From Takakia lepidozioides (Eukaryota; Plantae; Bryophyta): a stretch of DNA of 64,000 nucleotides. The stretch covers positions 5,518,001 to 5,582,000 of the forward strand of contig CM060731.1 in the NCBI GenBank assembly GCA_030704615.1, given 5' to 3'. Position 1 is the first letter of the stretch. Every line of letters begins with the position of its first letter. The notes under the pieces were generated by a model that saw only the letters and a program-made list of their open reading frames with translations, did no database searches and had not been told where the DNA came from. This document shows, piece by piece, positions 50,901 through 64,000 of this stretch. The position numbers and the translations under genes are program-made.

Positions 50901-52704
50901 AAACAAAGATCTATGCATGTCAGATCCTGTCATCGCTCTGCCACCCCACCTTTCAGATATTCGTCGATTCAAGCGTTCAGAGAGTCATAACGGCTCTGTT
51001 TCAGCCCATGGTAGTAACCCTGTCGCTTGCCAACTAACTACCCTATGGTTCTATATGTACAATTCTCTCCTAAGCATTGATATGGTCCTATAGCAAGAAG
51101 ACAGAAAGCAGCTAGTTTTAATTACAGATAACCTGATTCGCCATCTGTTTTCCCTATGTCTCATTGAATGCAGGTTCATTTCTTGGAGACCCGCTCCCTA
51201 TCTGATTTTTCATGTTATCAGTTCTGGCCACAAATCATGTAGTTTCTCATCCACTTTCTGATACTGTGCCTGCATTGTTTTGTAGGTATATCAAGAACGT
51301 TCTGATTCCTGGGAACAACCTAAGCAAGTACCCAGGCTTCATCGACTTGTGGGCTGACTCCTCCAACAGCCACACCATGTACACTGCAGCAATCCTCAGG
51401 GATTACGGTACATATCACCTCAAAGACTGCTGCTGGTATCTCGACATACCAAAATCAGATTGCCCATGGTATGAGTTGCAGACATGGAACCAGAACGACA
51501 ATGCCGAGTCCTTGGCTCCTCTAACAGACAGGGAACTGCATGACAGAAACCTACGAAACCTCGCTGAGAAGGAACCTGCAGCCACACACACTCCGGCGAG
51601 AGGGAAGGGGAAGGGAAATGGCACAAAGGACAAAGGGAAGGAGAAGAGCGCCCAAGGGGATGCTGCAGTAGGTGTTGGTTCCCAAACCCCAATTGCAACC
51701 AAGGATCGCAAACGCAAGGGGAAGTTTGAGCCATACGACGCAGTGGAACACCCATCCCGAATCAACCGAGAATGCAGATGCGAGCTTGTAAACGACTCAT
51801 TCCTTGCCATGATGGAGACTAGGAAAGGTGGTTACACTGGAGATCCCTCTCCAACGTGGGTTAAGATGAGTGCTTTTCTTGAGTCGGTAAGCAAATCTCT
51901 CATCTTCACTGATGTAAAATTCCCACCTTTACTGTTGCATATTTCCCATCTTCGATGTGATTTTCAAATTTGGTAGCACTTCACCTGCCCTGGCAGCTGT
52001 TGAGCTGCTCCATCTCCTCATTACTGTGCTCATCAAGACAATGGCGGCAGCGGTGGTGCACCGCTCTCATCACATGCTGAGTCTTCAGATTTGATCATTA
52101 CTTACGAAGAAGGCGGCACCGCTTCCTCTTGCACAGAATGCCAAGCAAGAGCCCTTAACGTTGCTCTTTAAAGCAAGCTGATTCCCCTTGCATAGGTGGA
52201 ACTTTCTCAGACATACTGTGCTGCCAACACCACTGCAGCAGCTGCGAAAAGATGCACGCACTCTTCCCCTTCGTTTTTCACATCCCGAGTTTCTAGGGTT
52301 AAACATCATCGATGAAAATCATTCATCCTAGGGATGAAAAAAGGCGCATGTCATAACTTAGCCATATTTTGTCCTGGCAGAGCAATAGCATAGTGTTCCC
52401 ATGGAATTACCTGTAGACATGGATAACTCCTTCCCCTCATTAGCTCTAAGGCACTCCCTTCGTAGCAGTGCCGAATCTTGATGCCAAACAAAAATTTGAA
52501 TATTACCCCTTGCATTCACACTACAGTGATCTAGCAGCCATGGAAAAGCGGGTTGCTTCTACCTTGGCCGCCCAACAGGCGGAACACCATGCGTACTCGG
52601 TTTCACTGCAAGAATCAATTACCAAGAATCTAGGGGCCAACCTGGCCCACTTCTACACTCATGCCAACTTGGTCCTTGAGAAGCTCCCGCTTCCCCGAGC
52701 ATGA
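47942..52704 (+). pseudogene. Duplicate of the RRM-like disrupted ORF
   Basis: Same sequence as 1977-6740 with one additional 1-nt deletion near 48737. Confidence 0.55.
49698..52525. mobile_element. Duplicate of the TGT...ACA element
   Basis: Same TIRs, GTGA TSD (49694-49697, 52526-52529) and 2828-bp length. Confidence 0.85.
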
Positions 52705-54261
52705 CCAATCACCCTGCCGGACAAGTTGACTCTAACAACATACCAACTCCACAAACAGGGAGATACAGGCCTGCAGCCCTCATCGAGCTCCAACACAACG
52801 GGCCTCCTAAATTTGACACCACAAGATTTCTTGCAGCCATGCCTACATCTGAACACACCAAACAGTAGCTGCCTGCCATCCTTCACACTGCCAATGACCA
52901 GGCCCTGGCCACCATCACCGTGATCGACAATACGACCGATGCGTAAAACACCACTGTGGCCCCCGGGCTACACAAGTGACCGTTGGGAGCTCTCTAGATT
53001 CTTCCCTCACACCCAACTGTCCTCCCCTCTGGCTATCTACCTACTTCTCTTTTCTCTTTGCAAGCTGCGGCTTGACTGCAACCACCCCTGTGTTATTGCA
53101 ATATCACGATGCATCCTACGCTTCCAAGCGCCTCTCTCAGTGTTTGCATTTCTCTCACCAACAGCTAAGCTCACACCCCATGCGCCTGCACTATTCAGGC
53201 ACTACTCATCTCTTTTACAAACCGTTAGCACCAGCCGCTGTCCCTCAAACCAACTGCTCATACGGCTCACCGCTGGGATACTGGCTATTTACACCATTCC
53301 CACACCTGTACCAATACTAATAGACTGATTAACATACACATACATGACCCTCCCAGCCCACATTTCTCCACATACCCCTCACATATAACTAGTATAGGCT
53401 TGCAAGCCTCTGAATCCCCCTCATTATCCTGGGCTTCTCACCTTACCCACCTGCTTTACATGGGTACAATAGCACCTGTATTATTACCCACTCCACATTT
53501 CATCCCCATAGCCATGCTCATCCATAGGCAGCCCCGTGGCCACACCTTGGCCATGTCTAACCTCCGCTTCATCCCCGCACTAATGCCCACACCCACCGAT
53601 ACCCATCGGCGGATGCTATCCCAACTACCCCAATCTGCAGTTATTTATCTACGGTGGCCACCACAACCACCCCAATCTACATATATTCATCCGCGCCCGC
53701 CCCCACACCCATGCACATCCAATAATCCCTCTCATACTATCAAATCACGGCCGTATATCTCTAATAAACCTGCCGCCCGCCGACTGTGCGGAGACGTTCA
53801 TCCAGTCAGCCGGACACTCACCCAGCCGGCCAGTCAGCTATCCATCCACCCTACTAACAGACTGATCAACACACACATATATACCCCCCCCTAGCCCATA
53901 TTTTTCCCCACACCCCTCATATATGACCAGTACAGGCTCGCAAGCCCTCAAATCACCATCATTATCCTGGGCACACCTCACCCCCCTGCTCTACATGGCA
54001 ACAATAACCCCTTTATTATTCCCCACTCCACATGTCATCCCCATAGACACGCTCATACCCAGGCAGCCCCGTGACCATATCCTGGCCATATCTACCCGCC
54101 ACTTCATCCCCGCACTAATACCCATCCATGGCTACTATTCCAGCTACCCCAATCTACAATTATTCATCTGCGGTTGCCATCCCATCTACCCCAATCTACA
54201 TATCTTCACCCACAGCTGCCATCCCTTCTACCCCCACCTACTTCTAAAAAATGGTCTCTAT

Positions 54262-54409
54262 CACTACAGGAAAGGGGGGCCTTTGCGACGCCCGCGCCAC
54301 GCCGCAGCGTCGGGAAAACGCCCTTTTCGGGCACGTGGGAGCCGTAGAATTTGCGACGCCCGGCCGTCGCCAAAATTACGTCACAAAAATGCGACGTATG
54401 GGGGTCGCG
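54262..54409 (+). mobile_element. Duplicate CACTA terminus
   Basis: Same as 8298-8446. Confidence 0.7.
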
Positions 54410-57400
54410 ACACACCAGCATGGTGAATGCCCCTCTAGTAGACCCACACAACATGCACCTCAAACTTGCAGGTACCACTGCCAGGTTTGGGTCAACCCTT
54501 CCATCAACATTTGGAAGGTGACATGGCGCGCAATTACGCACATGGTCCTTCCAAATCATGCCATCCCAACCCTCCAAGATCAAGACTCCTGAGGGCAACA
54601 CCTCTCGAACCCTCAAAATAGTACGTCCTGCAGTCACATCCAAGGTCGTATGAGCAGTCTGCTGCAGATAAACATAGTCACCAGGGTTGAATCTCCGAAC
54701 CCCAGGACGATAGCCCCCACCACGTATGGTAGCATACCTCAACGTATCACGATGTTGTGCAATGGCAAGGTTCTCGAAAGCCATGGGCATGACTTTCTTG
54801 AACAACTCTGCACGCTGCTCACATGCACGTGCCCACACGTCCGGATCGTCAAGGTTAAGAATTGTAGCAACTTCTCTGCGAATAGATGTAGGCAAATCCG
54901 GCTCTCGGCCAAAGAGAAAAAAGTATGGTGAGAAGGAGGCAAGTGATGCTTGCTTGCTGAACCTGTAGCCCATGGCTAACCAGGGTAACTGAAGGTCCCA
55001 ATCTCCTAGGTGTCCCTTCTGCAAGCCATACTTGCGCAAACCCTCTTTACTGTCTGAACAACTCTCTGCGCCAAGCCATCGGCCTCAGGATGATCCCGAG
55101 AAGTGGTGCGGTGGTCTATCAAGGCCTTGTAACACAAAGCCTGAAACTCCCCCAAGAACTCTCTCCCTTGGTCCGTGAGTACCTCAGCTGGAGCACCGAA
55201 TCGGCTAAGCACACAATCCAAGAATGCATACGCAGCTCCCTCACTAGCCTTATCAGGCAATGGAACCAATTCAATCAACTTGGAGAAGTGCTCCACCATC
55301 ACCAACACGTACTTGTTATGGCGCATGGTCAGTGGCAACGGCCCTGCGAAGTCAAGACTCCACCTGTAGCCCAATCCCATTATCAGAAGAGGGTGCAATT
55401 GTGGAGTAGGGGCGTTGAATGAAGCACGCACCCTGTCACACACCATGCACCTAGCCACAAATTGTTGCACCTCTGTGTGCATACCACGCCACCAATACTG
55501 CCCCTGCAGTAGACTATGAGTGCGTCGCACCCCAAAATGCCCCAACTCCTCATGGGCATGCCGCACTAACCGTGCCCGCTGTGTTGGGTGAGGCACAATC
55601 CTCACTCGACCATCCTCCCACACTCGGAGCAGGTGTGTCCCCTCCCACTTGAACCTCTTGGCTCGTTGTAGGATCCGATCCCTCTCCTTGGCAGTCACAG
55701 TGGCTGTAGTGTCTCCAGTGCGGAGGTAGTCCAACACAACTGAATCCTCATGTATATCTTTGGCGCCACCTTGCTCATTGCTGGCCTCAGGGTCCTCAGA
55801 CACTTGATCTACAATCATCCCTGTTGCAGATCCAACCTGGCCTTCCGCTGCCAAGATACACCGAAATGCAGATGCATGCCATCCGGGCACCATCTTCTCG
55901 TCCGTCTCACCATGCCACCAAGTTCCAGTGTCATCCTGCTGGCTCGTGCATGGATTGCGACTCAACCCATCTACATTGCGATTGACCAAACCCGGTCGAT
56001 GCACCACCTGAAAGTCATACTCTTGAAGGATGAGTGCCCACCGTGCAAGCTTCCCCGTAAGCTTGTCTGACTCCATCAACCACTTGAGTGGTTGGTGATC
56101 CGTGACAAGGGTGAAGAGATTGCCGTATAGATAGCACCTGAAGTGTGCCACGGCCCACACCGCAGCTAAGCATTCTCCCTCATATGAGCTATACTTAGAC
56201 TCTGCAACGTTGTTCGAGCGGCTAGCATAAGCCACTACGAACTCTCTTCCCTCATCATCCACCTGTGTGAGCACCGCTCCAAGCCCCAGCATGCTCCAAT
56301 CTGTATGCAGCTGAAAAGGACGCCCCCTGATAGGTCGTCTCAAGATGGGCGCCGAGGTCAACCTCGCCTTGAGCTCTTGAAAAACTTGTTCTTGCTCATC
56401 TTCCCACTGCCACTCCTGGTCCACCTTGGTCAGCTTGGTTAGAGCCTTTGCAATGGCACTAAATCCCTTAACAAACCGTCTATAATAGTTTGCTAACCCC
56501 ATGAAAGCTCGAACTCGGCTTACATCCGTGGGGCGTGGAACTTGTGCAATGGTCTCTACCTTAGTCTGCTATACCCCCAATCCTCCAGGATATATCATGT
56601 GACGCAGATACTCAATCTGGTTGTGGAAAAACTTGCACTTTCCCGGATGTAACTTCAATCCGTGCGCCCTCAAGCGCTCAAATACCCCTGAAGGTGTCTC
56701 TCATGCTCTTCCACCGTAGCACTAAAGATGATGATCATCTATGTAGCACCGAGCAACTCCACCCCTGCTAGAATCCTGTCCATGACTCTCTGAAACTCTG
56801 CCGGAGCGTTCTTAAGCCCAAATAGTAAGAACCGCCACTGGTATAGGCAATCCTTCCCGTGCTCATTGATCCCCTAGAATGCCGTCTTTTGCTTATCCGC
56901 CTCCTTGATCGGCAACTGGTGATATCCGGATCATAAATCCAACGTACTAAAGACCTTGGCATGCCCAATGGCATCAAAGATCTCCTCTGGTGTTGGCATG
57001 GCATACCTATCGGACTTGGTCTGACGATTTACAGGCCGGTAATCACCGCACATACGTCTCTCCGTCGAATTGCCAAAGACATCCTTCTTGGCTGACATCA
57101 CTGTGGCTGAAGCATACTCTCCCCCAGATAGCTCCACCAAACCAGCCTCCCAAAGGTCGTGAGTTCTCATCTGAATCAAGGACCTCTCCATGTCACTGTA
57201 TCTATAGGGTCTTCGAAAGATTGGCGTGTCAGTAGCCAATTCAATGCGAATCTCTTGACCCGTCAGTGCTCCTAAGTCATTCAAACTGAAGGCAAAGCAG
57301 TTCCTGTAAGCCCTCAAGAACCGCCGTATACGTCGTCTCTCTCCTCCGGTGACTATAGGTCCAACATCAGGCTCCCAATTGTCCTCCGTGACTGCAACCT

Positions 57401-60400
57401 TGAGTCCAGCAGGCTTAGAGGTAGAAGACGCGTCCCGTGGTTGCTATGCTGCAACCTCTTGAGCAGTGACCACTGCCTCCTCTGTCAGTGACAATGTCTC
57501 ATCCTGCCCCATCATCCCATCCTTGAGGATCTCCTCAATCCGAGAAAAATCCCCAACCTGATCCATCACCTGCCGCCTTGGCTGCCAACTCCTTCTAAAT
57601 CTCGAGCACCTCCCACGTGTGCCATGGATGCGGCCTGCACCTCGTGGTCCTCACCTACTCGCCCCCACTTGCTGCCTGTACCGTCTCGGTAGGCAGGGAG
57701 ACCATGAAGGGAAGTGTACTCCGTACTCTGCGCTACTCAGCCATAGCCAAGCTGATAATCCAGGTCAAGCAATTGAGATCCATTGCTTGCCCCAACACCT
57801 GACGACGTGATGCCTCAGAAAGAGATGGCACCGCCGTGGTACCTGTGGTAAAACCCATCGCCCGCTCGCGCTCGTCAGCATTGGGCTCCACTAATGCTGC
57901 TCGTGGTTGACCCACCCTGTTGACCACTGCCAAAGGCAAACGGTCATCGTGTCTCACACGTTGAGACTGCCTCCCTGTGTCCAAAATGCTATCCACTGTG
58001 AGGTGTGCTGGCCGCTGCACCCCATCAAATGCACGCTTGAGCAGTGCGGGTGGCATCAAGTTAGTCCACCATAGTTGTGGACGATGAGCCCATGACCCCA
58101 CTGCAGCTGCATCCAGCAACACTGCTGACCCAAGCCATGACCGGACTTGATGCACACTGGCCATCACCCTGGCCCAAGAATCACCCATTAGTGGCACATT
58201 CTCCAAGATGTATGCTGGAGATACAGCTTGATGAAGTTGCAAGTGGCGCAAAATCCGCACCATCTCCCAAAACAGACCCGTCCTCGAGTCTCGCAATCCA
58301 TTGCTATGCCCGGCTGATGAATGCCCTTTGCAGGGCCAACCTGCCACTACCAGATCAATGGAGCCAACCTGCTCCAAATCCTGCGCCCCCAGCAACGAAA
58401 TGTCTGCTGGCAAGGCTTGTTGGTATCCACGAACTGCAGACACTAGCAACAAATCAGGGTACTGCTGTACCAACTGAGCAACATGGCGCAGTGAGACGCG
58501 TCGTGCAGTCTCATCCCTCTCCACATACAGGTAACGTCGAACTCGTACACCTGCCTGCAGTACTGCAGCCAATCCAGTGCTGATCCCGCCAAACAAGTCC
58601 AGAAGGCATATGCCTTCATCCGGGCACTGCCACACAAGAGGTGTGGTGTCCAATGGCAACAACTGAGGTGGTCCTGGTGCAATCACCGCACTCTCCTCTT
58701 CTCCTGACGGTACGAAGGCCTCTACCCAGGCTTGTTGTACCCGTCCATCAGCAGCCTGCTGCAAATCCTTGCTCGTACCCCATAATGGAGTGTGAGCAAC
58801 CATGGCACATCCTCTGCATGGGCATTGCCTTCCAGCAACTCTCCAGGCCAACTAACTGTAGCTGTAAAGGCGGCTAGTGTTGGTATCTTGCCCCGCTGGG
58901 CAGCCGCAATACCCCCAATGAATGTCACAGGGAGCTGTGCACGACGACCATCCCCTGACTGCCATCCAGGCCTATAGGATGCTGACTCCTCCCAAAAGTC
59001 CAGGGTGAAGCCCATGGGATATAACACTGCCCCACCAACAATGATATCGTAAGAGACTGCGTCTGTCACAATGGCCTTGGCTCGCATCACTGAGCCATCT
59101 ACAGGATGATCTGGTTGTAGTCCAATGGCCAACTCACGCCGTGTCATGCCCCGAGCCTTGCTTTGATCCTCCCAGAGATGTCTGTATTTGGAAAGGACAA
59201 GGCTCCATATCCGCCTCCATGAGGCCCAAACCTGCAATAGCAGCTCTGCCCAACATCAGTGGCTGAGCTCCTGAGTCCAACAAGACCCGCAGTGGCCGGT
59301 ACTTCTTGCCTGCCGGTCCACTCAAAGTGAAAATGCCTCCCTGGTTGTCTAACAAGACAACTCCAGGTGTCACCATGGCGCGCTCAAAGGCTGGCCTAGC
59401 TGGCAGCTCCGTCAACCTGGCAGCTGCAGCTTGCCATGGCGCAGCCGTGGCAGTCTTGACCCTCAAATCCGAGGATCCCTCTGCCACTACACCTTCTAGT
59501 AACTCCGTAGAAGATGAAGTGACCTCCCCACTCTCGCAGAGTGTTGCTGCTAGTCTGAACACTGCAGCTGGTCTTACCCCTCATGGTTGCCGAGAATAAT
59601 GGGGCTTGACACACAGAGGTGGCTGCCCCAATAACACACCGGCTGCACTAGCCTTGGTAGCAGATGTCAGTGCTGCACGTGTAGCTCTCCCTAATGGCAT
59701 AGTAACCTCCGCCTCGGTAACAGTCGGGCGAGAACTAGGTGCCATGGATGGCGTCGACACTGTCTCCGCCAATGTGAATGACTGAGGAAGCCTTGCCTGA
59801 CGGCTTGCCTCCCCACGCTGTGGATCCAATTCCACCTCTGCACCTCGTGGCTCAGGAACTCGTGCTGCTCCTCGAGTCACGGCTGCAACAGACTCCACCT
59901 GCACTAGTGGTAGTGCCGCTCCGCACATGAATCCCATGCCTCCGATATCTCCTCCCTCAGGAGCAGGAGGTGGACCATCCCGCCCGGGAGCCGGTACCAC
60001 CTGAGCTGTAGCCATGGCAGCGAGCCTCTGCTCTAGCTGCTGAAGCCGGTTGGCCATGTCTTGGTCAATACCCTGACCTCCGCGTCCTTGGCCATGTTGA
60101 GCTTGCCCTTGGCCTGCATCTCGTGCCCGACCACCTCGTCCTATCTGGGCTGGTCCACCTTACTCCCGGCCACCATTGTTCCCTTGGAACTGGCCTGGGC
60201 GCAACTCAGGGTGCAAGTCATAACACTGGGCATCTCCATGCCCATACTTGCCACAATGCCCACACTGCAACTGTGCAGGCTGTGCTTGTGCCGGCCTTCT
60301 GCCACTCTCTGGGCAATCTCTCTTGACATGGGGTCCTCCACATGTCCAACATATCACCCCTGGTTGCTGTTGGCCTGCAAAAGATGCCACGGGCCTCTGC

Positions 60401-61985
60401 ACCTGAGGTCCCCTGTAAGCTCCATGGAACTTGGGTTGGGCAACCTTGCCCCCTGACCACGCTGTTGGGCAGTCCCTTGCACCTGTTGGCTGGCAGCTGC
60501 ACCTCGTGCAGGCATGTCCTTGCCAAATCCAATGGTAACAACTCGCTCCTCCACCATGTTGAGCTCAATCCGCTCAGCCAGCAGAAACACATCCGCTAAT
60601 GTGGGTTGGGCCACTTGTAACAGGGTTGCATCCCGCACCCTTCTCTTGAGCTCCTTGTCCAAAATTCCATACCAGAACTAGACTGCCTGAGCTTCAGTAA
60701 CCCCTTGGGTCACCCTTATCAAGCGCCTCATACGAGTGTAGGCCTCTCGCAAGCTCTCACTGGATTTGCGCTGGAAGTCTTGCAAACTTCGCAGCTTCTC
60801 TGTCCGTACACCTTGGTAGTTCCTCCGCAACTCCTGGAAGAACTCCACCACCAGGTTGAATCTAGGCACATGTGTTGTAATTGTGGTAGGAGGAGTAGTA
60901 GTACCTTTTGAACTGGTACCACCTGCAGAAGTGCCGACACTACTTGTTCCACTACTAGTGCTTGTAGCTGCTGGTGTCACCGCTGCCCTTGTGCCTCTAG
61001 TGATTGAGACATAGTTAGGTGACCAATACTCTCGCCACTCCTCAATCTCCACTGCATGTCCCCGCCTAAATTCATGGTAATCATCCATGGGCGGCCCCTC
61101 AAGGTGCTGGAATAGCCCCTTCCACGCCATAAAAGGCGTAAACAGTTGTGGATTGCGCATTTGCTGCAAAACACACCAACTGTCAAACTCTTGTATAAAG
61201 TCATCAAGCTCAATGGTGCCCACAGCTCCAGAGTACCTACGTGGCCCCTTGGTAGCTCCATACATCTCCCCCATCGTGTCCCACAACAATGGCACGGAAA
61301 TGACTTGCACCCTCGGCGAGAATCCTCCAAACTCCGAGTCTGAACCTTCCTCAGAAGACACTGAAGGTGAAAGTGACCTAAACCGCACACCTTGTCTTGT
61401 GTACCCACTAGTATCGCTGGTGCTTGTACCGGCACTCCCCTCAGCAGCTGGTGGCACCTTCGTGATGAAAACTCACAACCCGACCGGTTGTCAACCTGTC
61501 TCTAATCCCCACTTTCTACAAGGTAACCGGGTAAAGAACCTGTTGCGGCTACTGGTTCAAGCAGGAATAATAGGTTTCTAACATAGACCTGTACCTGCAC
61601 CTGCATCCACCGCAAGCACTCCTATGGTCTGCTGGTCATCAACCCAGCCTCACCATAGAAGAAACACTGGTGGTCTTGCTGGTCATCACTCCAGCCTCAC
61701 CACCGACAACATACTCTAGGATTGGCCGGTGATCAAATCCGGACCAACCTCCTATGAAAACAAGCGCCCACACAGCGCACAGTCAAGCATGCGGTGTGGA
61801 GGGGATCCAAACACAAGAAAATCAAGACAGCAACTCCCCCACACCAAAAACACTCCACAGTGTCGCTCCTGCAAGGACACCCCAGCCCAAACCCGGACTA
61901 ACTCTTGCCTCCACCTACGGAAAGGTTTTGGCCTACAGAGAGGGTGAAAGACTATGGAGAAGAGAAACTAAAGCAATTCCTAACC
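54410..61985 (-). mobile_element. Ty3/gypsy-DNMT element copy D (leader, gag, PR, DNMT, RT, RH, INT, half PHD); degenerate; continuation of copy A's sequence
   Basis: gag ORFs 60678-61457 and 60160-60402 (two CCHC knuckles); protease 59134-59562; DNMT 57733-58851; RT 56931-57317; RH/INT 55006-56502. Confidence 0.95.
57755..58611 (-). pseudogene. DNMT3-like domain of copy D, in one open frame but with a 28-aa deletion
   Basis: ORF 57733-58851 has motifs I, IV, VI, VIII, IX and X in order. Confidence 0.9.
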
Positions 61986-62261
61986 CCAGAATGCTCTCAT
62001 CCCACCACTCCCCCTCCTGTCTCTATCCACTCGCTTGTATGGCCGTGGCAAGTATCCTTCAATATCCCTCAATCAATCCTTCAAGAGCTCTTCAACATTG
62101 TCTACCAAAGCTCCTCGAAGGGTCCTCCAAGGACCCCAAAGATCCTCAAAACACTCCTCCAAGGACCCCAAAGATCATCCAAATACTCCTCCAAGGGCCC
62201 TCAAATATCTTCCAAACAATCCTCCAAAGGCCCTTAAATTTCAGTAAGTCCTTTCACTGTT

Positions 62262-62656
62262 GATACCTTAATAGAGGTATAGTCTGAGGTTGCTAGGGTC
62301 CCTTATGTTGATGATACCTTTACAGAGGTATAGTCCGAAAATGAGGGTTCTGTTTGGTATACTAATAGAGGTATAGTCTGAGCTGATTAGGGTCCACATA
62401 TGGTGATACCTCAATAGAGGTATAGTAACAGGGACAAGCTCCTGTTTGGTATACTAACAGAGGTATAGTCTGAGCTGATTAGGGTTCACATATGGTGATA
62501 CCTCAATAGAGGTATAGTAAAATGGACAAGCTCCTGTTTGGTATACTAACAGAGGTATAGTCTCACATTAGGGTTCACATAAGGTGATACCTCAACAGAG
62601 GTATAGTCAAAGGGACAAGCTCTTGTTTGGTATACTAACAGAGGTATAGTCTGAGC
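62262..62656. repeat. Tandem array of nine AGAGGTATAGT units with ~92-bp dimeric period; alternate units form ATACCTC-N4-GAGGTAT hairpins
   Basis: Core at 62273, 62324, 62367, 62416, 62459, 62508, 62551, 62597, 62640. Confidence 0.9.
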
Positions 62657-64000
62657 ATACACTACTAGGGTTTGTAATGAAGAGCTAGAATGCAAGTCCT
62701 TAACTTCTATGCTTCTACTCAAGCAAAAATATGGTCTCTAGGTGGTCATAAGAGGCATCTTGTTGCTCCCTTCTACCCCAATGTGCAACCAAGAGTGGTC
62801 CAACTCAACTTGCAAGTCATTGTCCACCAAATCAATCCCCCTTCTAGTCCTTGGGATTTGATTGCAAACTACCATATCTCCATTGCCGATCAATCATGCA
62901 TTTGTCTCATCATCACTTGACAATTGCTCCAAATCAACACAAATTATCTCAATGTGTAGGAGCAATGCTTGTCACTTACAATAATGCTCCCAAGCAATCC
63001 GCCTTGGATCCCACTCTCACGCCATATGCCTCATTTGGGGTCTTGCACCAATCCATCATCCATGTGCTCCCCGTGGTCATTTGAATGCATGTTTCATGAC
63101 CTCTTGGCCTATGTGTTGCTCTCCTTCATCATAACATGAATCAACACCTCTCCACTTCACACACAAATGGATCTCAAAGGCCTTCACCTCTTGCTAGTTC
63201 AAGAGCTCCCCTTCTCAAACTTGAACTTACAAACTCAAGCGAGCATGCTCCACACATGCACCACTTGCTTGGTCAACTATTCACCACAAAGCTCGCACTA
63301 CCAAGAGCATGAATAGCCAAGTATTGCCTCCCCCTCTTGTCACATTACATAGTTAGGGTGAAGCTATGCATACATTGAATGATGATTTCCCTTCAAGGAT
63401 TTCCCACCACATGTTCTCCAAGCCCTTCCAATGGCACCCTAAGCTTGGCTCCACACCACCATGATTGGAAGATTTCTTCACATGCTCCCTTTCAAAACCT
63501 CTTGAGCTTCTTAGTGCTCTCCAAGTGCTTGCCCTTGTTGTCTTCAAGCCCAAGCATATATAGCTCCTTGGCTTCTCTTCCACAACATCCACACTTTGAA
63601 CTTGCTTAACCCTAGCTTGATAGTGAAATGAGCACTAACAAGCCTTTAGTCACTCTCCACAAGCCATGGCGCACACCATCGACTCCATAATGCATACAAA
63701 GGATTCTCAAACCCTAGAATCCATGCTTCCACACACACAAGACTTCCTCCTTACAATCTTTGCAAAATCTTGTGACTCAAGAGCTTTCTTCTCAAGCTCT
63801 CCAACTCCTTGGTGCATGCAATACTCGAGCACCTTTCCTTGCAACCCCTTGCAAGCCTTGTGATACAAGAGCTAAATTCTTCTAGCTCTCAACCTCTTTA
63901 AAATACAAGTGCAAAACTAATCCTTACACTCCGCACTCACAAGCATAAGGTGATCTTCTTGTAGTAATAATGGAAGTGAACACACAATGGAAACACTCCA

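Larger units (their letters stand above)
45966..59051. repeat. Copy 2 of the ~13-kb duplication
   Basis: Starts tccccaacatatccccctgg at 45966 and ends tgatatcgta at 59051, matching 1-13090. Confidence 0.97.

Noticed and set aside
62262-62656. CRISPR-like repeat-spacer appearance
   Set aside because: The spacers themselves repeat in alternation, the core is only 11 nt, the context is eukaryotic and there are no cas genes.
62660-64000. Possible degenerate gag region of another LTR element on the minus strand
   Set aside because: CpG-poor, TE-like composition, but no motif I can name.

Overview
Land-plant nuclear DNA, probably from a non-seed plant (inferred from intronless PLS-DYW PPR genes and the TE families present). 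The window is TE-rich and has two 500-N scaffold gaps (13091-13590, 43591-44090). Its main content is four copies (A-D, three independent) of a Ty3/gypsy LTR retrotransposon with an unusual polyprotein: Gag(2x CCHC)-aspartic protease-C5 cytosine DNA methyltransferase (DNMT3-like, all catalytic motifs in linear order)-[TAG CAA CCA]-RT-RNase H-integrase-PHD finger. The TAG between the methyltransferase and RT is conserved in every copy, is in frame with RT and sits in a TMV-type CARYYA readthrough context. The LTR carries stacked hairpins, and one LTR is followed by a 17-nt complement of its own interior (possible Tf1-like self-priming). Other content: two divergent PPR-DYW RNA-editing genes (one has lost exactly the terminal DYW tripeptide), a PPR pseudogene, a 2828-bp TGT...ACA element with a 4-bp TSD inside an RRM-type ORF, a CACTA terminus, a CRE-like non-LTR 3' end, a hAT fragment and a hairpin tandem array. 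Bases 1-13090 recur almost identically at 45966-59051, probably an assembly duplication. All calls are from motif recognition by eye; no searches were run.
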